Notes: generated from the letters alone by a model not told the origin. DNA of 64,000 nt from Octopus vulgaris (GCA_951406725.2 OX597824.1:52886001-52950000); one strand, 5' to 3'; shown: positions 12,255 to 27,116, counted from the stretch's first letter. Program-made: numbers and translations.

Positions 12255-12550
12255 TATCCCTTGTTGAAAGTTGTTTGGTATATATGAAACTTGTTTGGTG
12301 TATATGTAAATAAATTTATTTTAAACAATTACAAGTTTACAACAGTTATGTGTGTGCCTTTGAGTTTGTCCCTACAACCGCTTTACATGTGTTCGTTTGT
12401 TTACGTCCCCGTAAGCTAGTGGTTCGGTATAAAAAACTGACTTAAAAGAATAAGTAATGAAGTTGATTCATCCAACTAATCCCTTCAAGGCGGTGCCCCA
12501 GCTTGGCCTCAGTCCAATGACCGAAGCAAATGAAACGATTATATATATAC

Positions 12551-12945
12551 TCTTTTACTCTTTTACTTGTTTCAGTCATTTGACTGCGGCCATGCTGGAG
12601 CACCGCCTTTAGTCGAGCAAATCGACCCCGGGACTAATTCTTTGTAAGCCCAGTACTTATTCTATCGGTCTCTTTTGCCGAACCGCAAGGCAACGGGGAC
12701 GTAAAGACACCAGCATCGGTTGTCAAGCAATTCTAGGGGGACAAGCACACTCACACACACACATATATATATATATATACATATATACGACAGGCTTCTT
12801 TCAGTTTCTGTCTACCAAATCCACTCACAAGGCATTGGTCGGCCCGGGGCTATAGCAGAAGACACTTGCCCAAGATGCCACGCAGTGGGACTGAACCCGG
12901 AACCATGTGGTTGGTTAGCAAGCTACTTACCACACAGCCACTCCT
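12551..12945 (-). mobile_element. tRNA-derived SINE (main family in window), full length
   Basis: Reverse complement of the 23752-24140 copy; head TGGCTGTGTGG...GGTTCAGTCCC (A/B-box-like). A partial + copy lies at ~12350-12535. Confidence 0.9.
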
Positions 12946-13194
12946 TTGTGTATGTGTAAAATTGAATTTTAATGAAGATAGTCATTTTGTGAAATTAGTA
13001 TCACAACACTGACAATCCTCTATTAACAATTACCAACAAAAGTTGCTTGGTTGTTCTGTCTAAATTGAACATTAAATGCGAATATCATTTCAAACAATTA
13101 TGTCAAAAAAATATTTTTCTTTCTACGGTTTTCCATTATTCACACGAGTGAGATTGGGATGTTGTCATAAGTTGAATCACACTATTTTGCGTCT

Positions 13195-13196
<2 letters not shown>

Positions 13197-13278
<82 letters not shown>

Positions 13279-13424
13279 GTGTTGTGTGTGCGTGCGTGCG
13301 CGTGTGTGTGTGTGTATGTGTGTGTGTCTGTGTGTGTGCGTGTGCGTATGTGTGTACTGGTGCATACACATGTAATCATACATTATATACAAATACATAT
13401 TAACCCGTGTTAATTTCACGAGAC

Positions 13425-13500
<76 letters not shown>
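13197..13500. repeat. (GT)n tract (13197-13350) and (GATA)n tract (13427-13500)
   Basis: Read directly. Confidence 0.95.
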
Positions 13501-13502
<2 letters not shown>

Positions 13503-13789
13503 CTTTTTATCGTAGCCACACAGGGCTAAACACAGAATGAAATGGACGAAATACAATGTAGAATTTTTTCTTTTCGAGGTGGGATGGGTGGGGCACAAAA
13601 AAAAATATTTGATCAATAGGGATCTGTGGGTTGTGTGGTGTATAAAAAAGTAATATATATATATATATAAGGTTCACAGTTTAGGTGTAACCTTGGAAAG
13701 AAAAACCTACAAAAAAGACCAAGGTCACCTCAGACAGTTCGAAAAAGAACACATGAGTAAGTCGCCTTACTTCTCGTTGTCTCTTTTGG

Positions 13790-16700
13790 TTACAGATTTA
13801 TGCTTAAAATAGCGTCGTCTTTCATACTGACCATTTTTGCCACTTTTACCCACTTTTTATTAAAACATTCGTTCGACAAAGCCTTCCTCTCTATTCTCAT
13901 TCTCCTTTTCAAGTGGTACTTGAAAAAGTTGACGAGAGACTGACCAGAAAGGAAGGTGTTTGTTTGCAGTCCTTTCAAACGCGTCCACCACACACATTCT
14001 TTCGCCATAGCCATCAGCGTAACGAAAACCGTTTTCCCTTCCCGTTTAAAGGAAGGTGGTGGAACAATACTCACGATAGACTCGGCCGATAGGCGGGCCC
14101 GACCGACACGTGACAACAGCTGTTCGACGAAGGTCCACAGCTCTGAAATATCTGGACACTGCACGAGTGCGTGCAGAACGGTTTCGTCGCTCTGACCGCA
14201 TCTCGGGCAGGTCGGTCCGGTGATGGTTTTCGAACCGTGCCTGTAGCTCTTTTCTCGAACATGTAGTGCGTCTCGATAGCACTGCCAAGCCAGGGATTTC
14301 TGGAAGTTATCCATAGGCCTCGGCCCGAACGTCGTCCTGAACAGGCGGGTTAGGAATTTCTCGTCGACGCCCAGGTTTGCCCCGAGTATGTCGTCGGACC
14401 TCCCCTCCACTAGTCCTCTATAGAACGCTTTAGGCGTTTGTAAGTTGCACAAGTTTGACCCCGGTCGGCAGAGCTGCTGTAGAGCTTGGCGACACTCTCG
14501 GTGCCAATCGCCCAGTTTCGGTCTCTTCTTGATCCACGTTTGCAGTTCGGTCAGTGAGACGAGCTGCGGGAAGGCGTGCCTCACAAACGGCGCCCACACC
14601 GGTTCACCGTCGTCGATGAAGTTCCAGAGATGCCGCAGTCTCAGCTCATGCCTGCGCATCATCAACCACGGCATGCCCAGTCCTCCATTCAACGGATGTT
14701 GACAGCAAATGGACTTTCTCACCATCGGAACGCCACCCTTCCACAGGAAGCGGAAGAGTATACGTTCCAGTTTGGTGATGGTGGCGTCGGGACAAGGTAC
14801 GACGGTCAGGCGGTAATCGATGACGGATGCGATGTATGCGTTCGCCACCTCCGCCCGGCCTTTTAGAGACAGCTTTCTCTCGGCCCATGTTTGGCTGATA
14901 GCGACCACTCTACTCGTGATCTCGTCCCAGTTCTTATCCATTTGGAGGTCCGGACTGAACCAGACCCCGAGCAATTTAACCGGTCCGTCCGTCCAGCGTC
15001 CCACTACTGAGCCGCAGTCGGACGGCATGGGCTTGCTTCTCCAGGTGCCGAGTAGCAAACCCACTGACTTTTCCGGGTTAATCTTCGCTCCCGTCACCGT
15101 TTCGTATTTTCTTAGTGTCTCGCCTATCATCTGGATGTGTTTGTAGCTCGACACTATGACGGTGACATCGTCCGCATATGCCGACACGCTCGTCCCGCAA
15201 CCCAGTTCCCGTGGGATGCCCCTCAGTGTCGCCAGCTTCCGCAGTAGCGGCTCGAGAGTCAATACATACAGAAGCGCCGACAGGGGACACCCCTGACCGA
15301 CCGAACGCGTGATATCAAACGGTTCCGACAGGTGACCGTTCACCCGAATCACCGATCGGATGCCGCTATACAAGGCAGCGATCCAACCGTGGAAGACGGG
15401 ACCGAAGCCAGCCGCCCTGAGGACGGCCGCCAAGTACCGATGGTCGACCCTATCGAAGGCTTTAGACTGATCCAAATTGATCAGCGCCCCACCCATGCCA
15501 GGATCCTTAACTACCCTGTCCACAATGTAGCGCATCAGATGGAGGTTGTCATGTATGGTTCTGCCCGGCACGGCACATGTTTGCGCCCTATCGACCAGTT
15601 TACCAATGACAAGCGCCAACCTCTCGGCTATTACTTTGGCCAAAATTTTCAAATCTGCGTTGAGCAGAGTGATGGGCCTGAAATTATCTATAAAATTCCC
15701 CTTGTTTGGGTCTTTCTTCAGCAAAGTTACTGCACCTCGGCTCACGAAACCGGGGATTCTCCCGTTTTGTTGCCAGTTGCAGTAGACTGATGCCAAGAGG
15801 TCGCCAAACAAGTCTGGCATTTGACAATACAGCTCGTAGGGTAAACCATCCAATCCAGGCGACTTATCCCTTGCGCAGCCCGCCATCGCATCCCGCACGT
15901 CAGCGGCTGCGATGGGACTTTCACAACTCTCCGCTTCCTTGCCGAGAGCCGCGGCAGGTCGGTCAGGTAGGCACTGAAATCCATCCCGCGTTCCGACCCA
16001 CCACTCGCACCAAACAGTCGAGCAAAGTGCTGTTGAAAGGCCTCACACATCCTTTCAGGTTCGAGTAAACTGCATCCCTGTTGATCTATTAGAGACCGAA
16101 TGGTGGCTCTGTTGCCACGCTGCGCCTCCGCTACCCGGGCCTCTCGCCCAGCTTCGATCCCTTCGTTCCTTAAGGCACGCATTTTAGCTCTGACGACGCA
16201 ACCTTCGTGCTTGGTGTTGAGGTGTTGGTCGAGGGCCATCCTCGCAGCCAGCACGTTGGTTGCGCTACCAGTGGTTAGTGCCTCTTCTAGTTTCTTAACT
16301 AGGTCTCCCTCTACTCTGTTTCGATCTATCGCTAATTCCTTGCTAAACCTAATTGATTCCGATTTTATTGCCATTTTCAGGACGAACCACCAGCGGTTGT
16401 TAACGACGGCTCCCGTCAGCGCCCTCTTAATTAACTCGGTAATCCGGTTCCTGTAAACCTGTCGCGCTAAGAGCGACGTGTTCAGTTTCCAGTAACCGGG
16501 ACCCTGTCTATGTGTCTTATCTAAGTCGAGCGTACACGTCACAAATTTGTGATCTGTGTAGCTGACTATTTTAAATTGTGGACATCCTACACTATCCCTA
16601 TCCGCTGTCCTGCATAGAATTCTATCTAGATAAGATCTCGACGATCCGACACGGTTTGTCCAAGTCCACGTTGGCACGTTCGGATGGTCGAGTCGGAACC

Positions 16701-17229
16701 TGTCAGACAAATGGAAACGTCTGAGTAGGTCTTTGAGGCACTTACACCCCCTTCTATTCCTATCCATTCCCACATAATCTAGATGCGTGTCCAAGGTAGC
16801 GTTCCAATCCCCTACTAACAGTAAAGGTCTAGACGTACCCAGGAAAACCTCTAGACGTCTGAAGAAATCCGCCCGACCCGTTAAGGACGGTGCATAAACT
16901 GCCATCAGACGGAATGCACACCCATTTCTGCCATCCACGTCCAAGACAACCAGCCTACCCTCCGGGTCTAGGAATATTGTTCTTACTTTTACATTTAGAC
17001 TCTTTCGAAAAAGCACCGCGGTACCTCCACCACCCATGTTCGGCAGACAGGGAGAAAAATAAATGTCAAATTGATCGCCAAACATGGACTCGAGGGCCCG
17101 CGGCTTGCTGAGTCTAGTTTCAGTGATAGCTACTATATCCACGTTCAGTGACTTGATGTTGTTTAGAAGGTAACCTTGCTTCCAAGCCGACGCCAATCCA
17201 CGCGCATTCACACAACCTAATTTAAGCAT
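13790..17229 (-). pseudogene. Tx1 ORF2 (APE endonuclease, RT, zinc-binding domain), one 1-bp frameshift at ~15940
   Basis: CVNARGL, ITETRL, VYAPS, GDWN, YLDRI, YTDHK; KSPGLDG, NFRPITLLNADLK, DQSKAFD, QGCPLS, YADD; CPRC...HALVQC. Restoring the frame gives LSAKEAESCESPI. Confidence 0.92.
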
Positions 17230-17303
17230 AATTGACGTTTACGAAAATTGTGTTTCACACACTACATTGGAAGAGACAAGAGGCAAGAGGGAAGGTCACT
17301 TAC

Positions 17304-19152
17304 TCATTTGGAAAGTTTCATTTTTTTCTTCTTCTTTTGTAGTGTCTTTGATGAGGTGTTTGTATAGTTTTTGGAGAGGTATCGTTGAAACCCGCCTACC
17401 GCATTTGGAAATATTGCTTTCAGTGTATGGTGTTGTGTTTGTGTTATGTGTACAATTCTTATGTGTTTCGGTGGTGTGGTGCGCGGATGATTATTTGTCT
17501 TAAAGTCATCTTCACAGATGTCCGTGTTGGATGCAATTTAATCCATTAATTTTTTATTGTCTGTGTCTATTGCAGTTAGTTTTGTGTGTGGTTTTGCGGG
17601 TTCATTAATTTTTTGATTGTCTAGGGGGATGCTGTCCGGAGTTGAATATCTCCCTGCTTTACTTCCTTGTTTGCTGGGCTTTTTTGATCTTTTCCTTTTA
17701 CCCCCTGTGGCTATTTGCCATTCCGTCGAACTTTCGTCGTCCGACGAATCAGAAGGGGGTAAAGGCAAAGCATTTGCATTAATATGTATGCTTGTAGAAA
17801 TTGTTGATGTTTTGTGCGGTGTTTGTGTTGTTGTGGTGCTAGGGGTAGAATTTGTCTTCTCGTCACTGTTTTCTGTCTTTTTAATTGTCGTCCTCGGTGT
17901 TGGTGTTGGTCTATTTTTTGTTGGTTCAGCATGTTGAATTGGTTGCGACGTCAACAGTGATTGTGTTGGTACTGTTTCTTTTCTTGGTGATGTTGTTGGG
18001 GTTTGTTTGCTGGTTTGTTGTTTTTCTTGGCATTGTTCCATAATTGAGTTGTTGGTGTTGGTGTTGGTGTTGGTGTTGGCAACAAGGGTTTTTATTTGTT
18101 TTCTGATTTGTTCTTGTTTTTTCTGTGCCAGAGCGCACTTGGCAATTACATGTTCTGGGCTGCCACAGTTGTAGCATCTAGGCTTTTGGCCTTCTGCTAC
18201 AACATATAGGCTTTGCCCATTTTCTAAGTGGATCCTATCGGGTAGGTTCTCGATAGAGGCTCCCTCAATCTGGATGGTCACTACTATTGTTTTTCCACCC
18301 CAATTGTCGTTTAGGTATTTGGCAGTCACTAAAATATTTATAGTTTTCAAATGGTAACAGATTGCCCCTGTTATCCATTTGTTAGGAATCTCGGGGGGTA
18401 CATTTTTAATAGTAATTCTACTCTCTCTCTCTCTCTCTCTGGCCTTTGTAGTAAGGTACCATGATGATTTCATCATTTTCCAAAGACTCGGTAGAGTGAG
18501 TTTTTGCCACTTCCTGGTTAGGGAAACGGACCACTACTGTGTTAAACTGGGGACCCCAGTTTATATATTCTTTTTTCATTATGTTTTTTAAACACTTTTC
18601 TATATCCGTTTTTGTAATCTGTTCATTTTGTTTTTGTTTTTTTCTTATAATTTTATATATAATCGTCTTATTTTCTATTTGTTCCTTTATGTGTTGAGGT
18701 GTATGCAGCACTAAATCTTGCCTTCGGGTTGTAAAGAGAGCTCTCGTTTCTATTAACTCTTCATTTGTAAATTTTACAATTTCTTTTTTCTGACGCAGAG
18801 TGTCAGCGAAATTTACTGGTGTTGTTGATTCTTTTATATTAACATCTTCACTATTAGATAGTTCATTTTTATTGTTTTTCTTCTTGTTGTTGTTTTTGTT
18901 AATAGTATTCGCGTGAGTTTCATTTTTATCATTTATGTTGGTCGTGGTGGTGGTGGTGGTGGTGGTTGTGGAGGTGGTGGTGGTAGCAGTAGTAGTCTCG
19001 TTGTTGTTGTTGTTAGTGGTGGTGGTGGTGGTGACAGGGCTGTTACCGCAAGTGGTTGCAGCGTTCACTACCACGTCATTCAGGTTTGCACTTTGCGTGC
19101 ATAAGTTCTTTTTTTCTCCTAGCGTTTCCAATCTAGGAAAATGCTGGTCCAT
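17304..19152 (-). pseudogene. Tx1 ORF1 (nucleic-acid-binding), two slippage frameshifts
   Basis: CYNCGSPEHVIAKC knuckle; ORFs 18418..19152 and 17538..18476 join across (GA)n at 18421-18440; an A-run shift near 17550 extends the frame to TGA at 17304-17306. Confidence 0.8.
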
Positions 19153-19393
19153 AAAGGAACGCGACTAGCGTTCTACAATAAAATTTCTCGACATTTTTTA
19201 ATGTCGAGAAGAAAATTACACAAATTAAATAGGGTTGAAACTGCTCCTAGGGGCGAATTCCTCCCTTGGAAAAGCACTCAAACGAAAGTTGGGTGCCTTA
19301 CACACCTTATTTACAAAAATGTACACAAAATATGGGCTATAAATAGTCAAGATAAACGATTACCTTCGGAGCCGAGATGACAGCACGTCCGTC

Positions 19394-19626
<233 letters not shown>

Positions 19627-21126
19627 TATTGATTTATTGAAGAATGAATTGAATTTAAGCTGAACGTTCATACCCGCTGGACAATATTCCCTTCCCACCT
19701 TGCATCCACTATCAGTGTCAGCTAAGTCGTCTTTAAGAATATGTACTGAATATTTACACGCATTTTCTTGTGGATCACAGATAGGGAAAAAGGACGGTGG
19801 CTTTTCAGTTTCTGGCTTTGATTAATGATACATACTCAACCTACATGGAGACCTGTCTGCTTATTGATTTCAACAGTCTAATGTTTCCTGTGCGAAAAAT
19901 AGAACAAACATTCTGATGTCTGTCCACTCAACTGGAATTCGACAAGCGTGAAAATGCCTGAAGGATATTAGAAATTTAGAAATCTTATGATCTGTTGAAG
20001 GCACTTATAGTTTCTTTTTTAGTGTATTTGTTAATCAGTTTGTTGGAAGCTTGGCTAGTTTATTGGTATACATACATAGTCATACATTTATATATACACA
20101 TATACATATCTACAGTGATGCGTACGAATAACTGCTGCTATGATTCAAGGAGTATTTTCTGGTTTCGATTGCAAAGTTGTTATTGGCTTGTTCGTTTTGT
20201 TTGTTGCTCAGTTACTGTCATCAGAAGAATAATAATCTAACCTACAATCGATTGTTGCACGCAGTTGAGAGTGGGTGCTTGTTATTTATTAGTAAATGTC
20301 TATGTCCTTTTATATTTAACCTGGAAGAGGAAATGGATCAGAAGCAGCTCTTCTGAAACATATACACATATAATATATACATAAGAAGAATATACTGTAT
20401 TCTTACACAAGCATATAACATCAATGCACACATACGCACGCATATATGTCAAATTCTTTACAACACAATTTTTTGATACATCTTAAGAGATCTTTTAAAC
20501 ACGATCAGTCTTGACAGGAAGATGCCATGGTAAATGAGGTCAGAGTGCTAAAGTTTCTTGGAAACCCATCCAGTGATGGGTTTCCATTTTGTTAGAATTA
20601 AATATCTTGTAGCAAAGAAAAAGAAGTTCGGAAAAATGTTTATAGTAGTGCTTTGTAGAGTCTAACTATTTAGTCTTTCTTTTTTTTTTTTTCATTATAT
20701 TTTATATTTTGCCAGCAAGAGACCTTGGCAAGAAATATTTTTCAAGGAAATGGACTAAAACTGTTTCAATCAATTTGGAATTGATTCAGTTCAATGTAAG
20801 CTTGGTTTAATGATTAGTATTCAAAACTAGAGGTGGTTGAAATGCTTCTAGCTAACCAAACTGCATAATGGTTTCAATTACTGCATGCATCTATTTCGCA
20901 CCATTTACATCGCTTATGATCCCGGAAAAAGTGTAAACGTTAAGCTATCCATTTGTGCACTTCTTCTAAAATATGAATGCCTTACACATAACTGATACAA
21001 TGAGATATTGTCGGTAGGCTATGTTGGGAGTCTGCCATGATGACAGGAAAATGTCCGTGGATTGCATCCTGTTCGTTGTATCATGTCAGACACTGCACTG
21101 CACGTAGTCGTAAATAAGAATCACAC

Positions 21127-21127
<1 letters not shown>

Positions 21128-21205
<78 letters not shown>

Positions 21206-21294
21206 TTAGTAGTAGTAGTAGTAGTAGTAGCAGCAGCAGCAGCAGGAAGAGGAGGAAGAGGAGGAAGAGGAGGTAGAAGAGGAGCAGCAGCAGC
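21128..21294. repeat. Compound trinucleotide repeat (AGT)n-(AGC)n-(AGG/AGA)n-(AGC)n
   Basis: Read directly. Confidence 0.95.
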
Positions 21295-21879
21295 TCATTA
21301 TTGTAAAGAGCGCAATACTCCATAGAATAGTGCAATTGAGGTCAAACATTCCTACGATTAAAGGGAAGCAGAGGGTAAACAACTCAAGAATTTTCTGCTT
21401 TTGAATCAATACACAAAGTGAATAAAAGGTCTTCTTGTTATAATCCAGATCTCAACAGCATAATAGGACCTCTATCATAAAGTAATAGGATTGTTACAGT
21501 TGGCAAAAACAGTGCAATTGCAAGCAAGATGAAGAGGGAGAAAAACGTTTTTAAATAATAGTGATCTATATTTTTTGTCTCGAGGAGGAAAACCAATATT
21601 GTTACATTATATCAGTTCACAGTTTCATGTTTCAAAGACTGCAAGTTGTAAAATATATTATGTCTAACAGCATTATATAGTTAACTATTTTCTGAATTAC
21701 AAGGATCCACGCAACTGAATCTGGCTCTGGTTTCTGTACTGCCATGAAAAGCTAACTTCTACCTTTCAAAATGGCAAAAATTAATGCCACGAGGAGGAGT
21801 TGTCTCAGTGCATCAATCTTCAGAATTAGTCTTCAACTGATCCGGATTTTGATGCTTTCCTGTAATAAATTCTGAAGAT

Positions 21880-22225
21880 TGCTTCCCAACCACATGGTTC
21901 CGGGATCGGTCCCACTGCGTAACACCTTGGAGAAGTGTCTTCTACTATAACCTCGGACCGATCAAAGCCTTGTGAGTGGATTTGGTGGACGGAATCTGAA
22001 AGAAGCCCGTCGTGTGTATGTGTGTGTGTACGTGTATCTTTGTGTCGGTATTTGCTCCCAACAACCGATTGACAATCAGTATTGGTGTTTTACGTTTCCG
22101 TAACTTAGCGATTCGGCAAAAGAATCAGGCTTTAAAAATACTAGGATCGATTCATTCTACTAAAAATTCAAGGCGGTGTCCTAGCATGGCCACAGTCAAA
22201 TGACTGAAACAAGTGAAAGGTAAAA
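21880..22225 (+). mobile_element. tRNA-derived SINE, main family, diverged and head-truncated
   Basis: CAACCACATGGTTCCGGG...GTGAGTGGATTTGGT...GTCAAATGACTGAAACAAG. Confidence 0.85.
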
Positions 22226-23558
22226 AGTACCATTAAAACTAATCGACTCAGTTCACTTCCTCATTTGCTCCAGAAGCCCTAATTTTATATCGAGACATTA
22301 TACATGTGCATATTAGTCGGTATATTTGTACATTCTCATCCCGCATTAATCGATAAATAATTACAGTTTGTCACGACTGCTGAGATATAAGTACCTCGGC
22401 CACTGACACAAAACATTGCTTGTAACAGAATTCGAACCTGCTTTTGAAGAAGAGTCATTCTATGCTTAGTTCATTTAACATTAGGACTGAAGAATCCAAG
22501 TTTGAAGCTTTTGTTTTTTGTCTGAGTGTAAGAAAGGGAGAAAGAGACTGAGAAATAGAAGTGTTGTAACTTAGGATATGGGCAAGTATATGAGGGGGGA
22601 AATGAATTTGAAGGAGTGGTGTAGGGGTATGAGGGAGTGTGTGGAAAGGATTAGAGAAAGGTGACGAGAGAGGACCTGGGCTAAGAAGTGAACGAAGGTA
22701 GAGATAGCTAAGAATTGGACAGGGAAGGTAGAAATAGCTTATACCACGATCAAAGCAAAATGAAAAAGTGAACATTAAAGGAACGAATAATAGAGGGTGT
22801 AACATCACATAAAAAGGTACTTAAATATAAAGACACGTGTGGAATAATTTGAAGAAGAAAAGTGAAAATAGAAGTGAGAGTCTAATAGTCTCTAAACGAA
22901 CGTATGTGAGGAGCTGGATGATGTCAACAAAAAGAAATTTCAAGGAATCAATGGCGGTAACAGAACGCTGGACTTGTCATCTCATCTCAAAATCACATTT
23001 TACTCAACCCAAAGCCTACCGTCAACTTAATCGACTACATCGACTAACTCAAAAGTGTACAGATATAACAATTCAGTTTAAGTATGCAAACCAAAGCACT
23101 TTTGAGATGAACCCTCTTTAATATACACAATTACTTAATTCTTCATCAGAGATGTCTAAAAGAGGCATAAACTCTATAGGTCTTCCCACAGAAAATTTAG
23201 TATTTATCTTCGACAACCAGTTGTCTGAACAAAGATTTGTAGAAAAAAGAGCTTTGCCTAAAAAAATGAAACAATAAAATACCTGCTGTGAATTTGAAAA
23301 CATAACCGATAAATTAATAGTTTACTAATTTCTCCATTTCTAACTCAAATTTTTGGGTCTGAGCTATTTCTCTCAGTAAATTATTGTTAACATGTCTACA
23401 ACACTACGGCAAACATTCTTTCGTTTTTAATCTTCTGCTACAACTGAATGTATCGTAACTTTTGAAAGTTAGAAGCAGTAGTAAATTTGGTGACAGAAAT
23501 ATGTAGAACATTTTTAATAATCTGTGCATGAATGAAAAACTTTGTATCAGGCTGGTGT

Positions 23559-24140
<582 letters not shown>

Positions 24141-24285
24141 AAAAAAATATATATATATATATATATGTGTGTGTGTACATCCATCTGTATACATGCGTGC
24201 ACATTCGTAGACACAGACATATATGTGCGTATGTGTATGTATTTGCGTGAGTGTGTGTATATGTACGTGTGTGTGTGTGAATGAG

Positions 24286-24316
<31 letters not shown>

Positions 24317-26066
24317 GCGTGTACGCGCCCGCATATACAATTGTATGCGTGTGTGCGTACAAATCGCATTTAATATCTCTCGCAGCGGATATTGTCTCGA
24401 GAGAAAATTCTCGTGGTTGATATGTGTAAAAAACAGTATATTTGATGATCTTAGTGAAGCTGAATTTAATTTAATTAATGCACTGAAAGAAATATAAGTG
24501 TGTACAATCATATTTAACACGCTCGTGTACACTCAAATGCGAGAGATGTGGAAATACCTTTCACTCCACACAAATTTTACAATTATTATTTATGAGAAGA
24601 ATTTTCTCTCGAGAATATTTCCGCAGCGAAAGTTCTTTCTCATGTCCGAGTGAGCATAAACGTATTAAATATCATGCGCATGTATATATGTTTGTCTATG
24701 TATAAATACATGAGTGTGTGATTTACCTCTGAAATACAGCAATTACACAATATTACTTCTATAAATTTGAGCCATGGGCATGCTTATATAAGAAAATACT
24801 ATTTAGTATCAGAGTGATATATCTCGAAAATGTTTGCATATTTCTCCTTTCTGCAATACTAGAAATAGTGGCAACACAATTATGTAAACTCTTTCGTTAT
24901 ATTATACAATTAACTAGATTGCATAAAGTTTTACACCTGATTTGACACTTTCCATAATTATTGGCGTCTAACTTTGTAAAACTTCGTCTATTCCTTCACT
25001 CATTCAATCAGTCATTTGTTCATGATGAAATGAATTCTTACAAATGTTTGTGGCTTTAGGATATTTAAAAATCTGTCCCTAATCCTCAAATATCTAGACC
25101 CCAAACTATAATAAATTCTTTTTCTAGTCATCTCGTATGGTTAAATTTAGTTACTCTGCAAATGAAATTAATATAATCTTGTTTGATTTGAATATTCCTC
25201 TCATATAACACACGGTGACGAAATGTGGCTATATATTTATTGCAATCAACTCATTCACAGTAATGTTGTTTTCCTGACTAATCTTCTTTTCCATTTTAGT
25301 ATTCATGATTCTTTATTATTAGTAAAGACTCCTGTAGCCATTTTCTTTATCTTATTGTCAGACATTGTTGATCGGTTGCAAAAGCGTTGTTGTGTTGTCG
25401 ATGTTAATTATTTGTGTTTGTAATGACAATGCAGACAAACGTTAATCATTCCTTTAACTCGATATTTGAAGAGTTGTAAGCAACCTGACAGCATCAACGT
25501 TGATCATTGAGAGGATGAGACTGCCATGTACATTGTAACAAATTAATGCTAGCTATCTACATCAACACATATGCAAATTAGCAAATTTAAGCACAGCGTG
25601 TGAGCATTAAGCTATCTACTGAATACATAACACACACACAAAAAAAATCAATTATTAATACGCAATATTTGGATGCTGCAGTGTAGAATTTTAATCAATT
25701 GCCAAGTGTCATGAGGGATATTTAAAAATCAAGTGTCAACAGCGAACAACTTCCGAAGTACAGCGTTAATTAGACATCTTATTTACATTTTATATATATT
25801 GCCCTAATGTCTGTCAGACTGAAACTTTGTAGTGTCTCCATGTCATTGTCTAAATGTTTCATATAATTAAATGCAAAGGGTATTAATCAACTGATGACGA
25901 ATGAAATATATTTAAATGGCACGTACACCCAAACGGAAACAAACATACATCCCCACCCAATTCAGCGTTCACATATATATTCACGCAGACATAAATTAAT
26001 TCATAGAAGCATATTATGAAATTACGAGGCATCAACTGAGCTGTGGAAATATGCAGAGCTTTAAAG

Positions 26067-26300
26067 TGTAGTTTATAAACACGTATAGACATATAACAAT
26101 ACACTGCAGATGTTAAAACTGTGGTATATACAGATATGTAAATATACAACGATTTAGCCTGTAGTATATACACATGTATATACATACAACAATATATATC
26201 AGAGGTGTAGACTGTAGTATATATACGTATAGATGTACAACAATAGGGTGTAGAGCAGTATATGTACACGTATAAATATACAATAGACTGCAGATGTGTA
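26067..26300. repeat. Degenerate minisatellite, ~5 units of 40-53 bp
   Basis: Recurring TGTAGTATATA...TACAACAATA. Confidence 0.65.
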
Positions 26301-27116
26301 TATAGATATAGAACAATAATTATAGTCGCCTATCAAAATGTATGATGATTGTATCATTCAATTGTAGAGCTTTAGATGTACTTCATAAAAAGATGCAACA
26401 ACAGAAAGCACAGATGTGCAGATGATCAGAAATCATGACTAGTAATATTTAGGGTACATTTGCCGTGTACTTTCATGAACAGAACTTACTTAGCAATGAA
26501 GCATTATAGTGGCGTTGAGTGTGCGGATTTCTCAGTATTGTTATTTTCGTTTAGAAAATACATCCAGAGGCAAAAGTGAACTAAAATGGCAGGTACCATC
26601 ATCCAATTACTGGAAACTGTCGTAAATCCAAGCTACCGGAAAACTGTTTTTGTCATTTTCCTGAACTTACCCACGAGGCAGTAGAGTGATGCAGATAGGT
26701 CGACACACTACACCTACTGGACTATATCTATTCTTTTCCTAATAGATTTTCCGACAAAAACAAGAAGCCTATCATTCGCAGAGTCGTTGTACATGAAGTG
26801 CGTCTGTCATCGCGAGTAATTCTGTGTCCGCCACACACGACAGGTAGATAAAAGCTTCTACTGGATTACATGTTACCAGTAGTACTCATAGAGATCTTAC
26901 ACCAATGGTGTTCAAAGTCGTAGCACATATACAAACATACATATCACACATACGAAAGCATCAATGTGCGCACACACACATACATATATACATACATGCA
27001 TCCATGCATCCATGCATGCACACATACATACATACATACATACACAGAGAGAAAGAGAGGAGAGAGAAGAAGAGAGAGAGAGAAAAAGGAAGAGAGAGAG
27101 AAAAAGGAAGGGAGAG

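Larger units (their letters stand above)
13501..19393 (-). mobile_element. Full-length Tx1-clade (L1 group) LINE, ~5.9 kb, within (GATA)n
   Basis: 5' UTR, ORF1 with CCHC, ORF2 with APE endonuclease, RT and Cys-rich domain, 3' UTR. 5' end GACGGACGTG abuts GATA at 19394; 3' end abuts AGAT at 13500. Confidence 0.92.

Noticed and set aside
13956-17111. Plus-strand ORFs opposite Tx1 ORF2, and similar ones opposite the RTE and CR1 ORFs
   Set aside because: Antisense shadows of GC-rich coding DNA with no recognisable motifs.
19672-19821. Minus-strand peptide [25 protein letters not shown]...EYCPAG ending at a GT
   Set aside because: In-frame TAA just upstream, no polypyrimidine acceptor and no recognised family.
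25885-25915. CTGATGA...GAAA (also CTGATGA at ~70, ~6077 and ~8345)
   Set aside because: No stem II or stem I pairing.
26067-26300. Repeat-spacer-like periodicity suggesting CRISPR
   Set aside because: Degenerate minisatellite without identical repeats, unique spacers or cas genes, in eukaryotic context.
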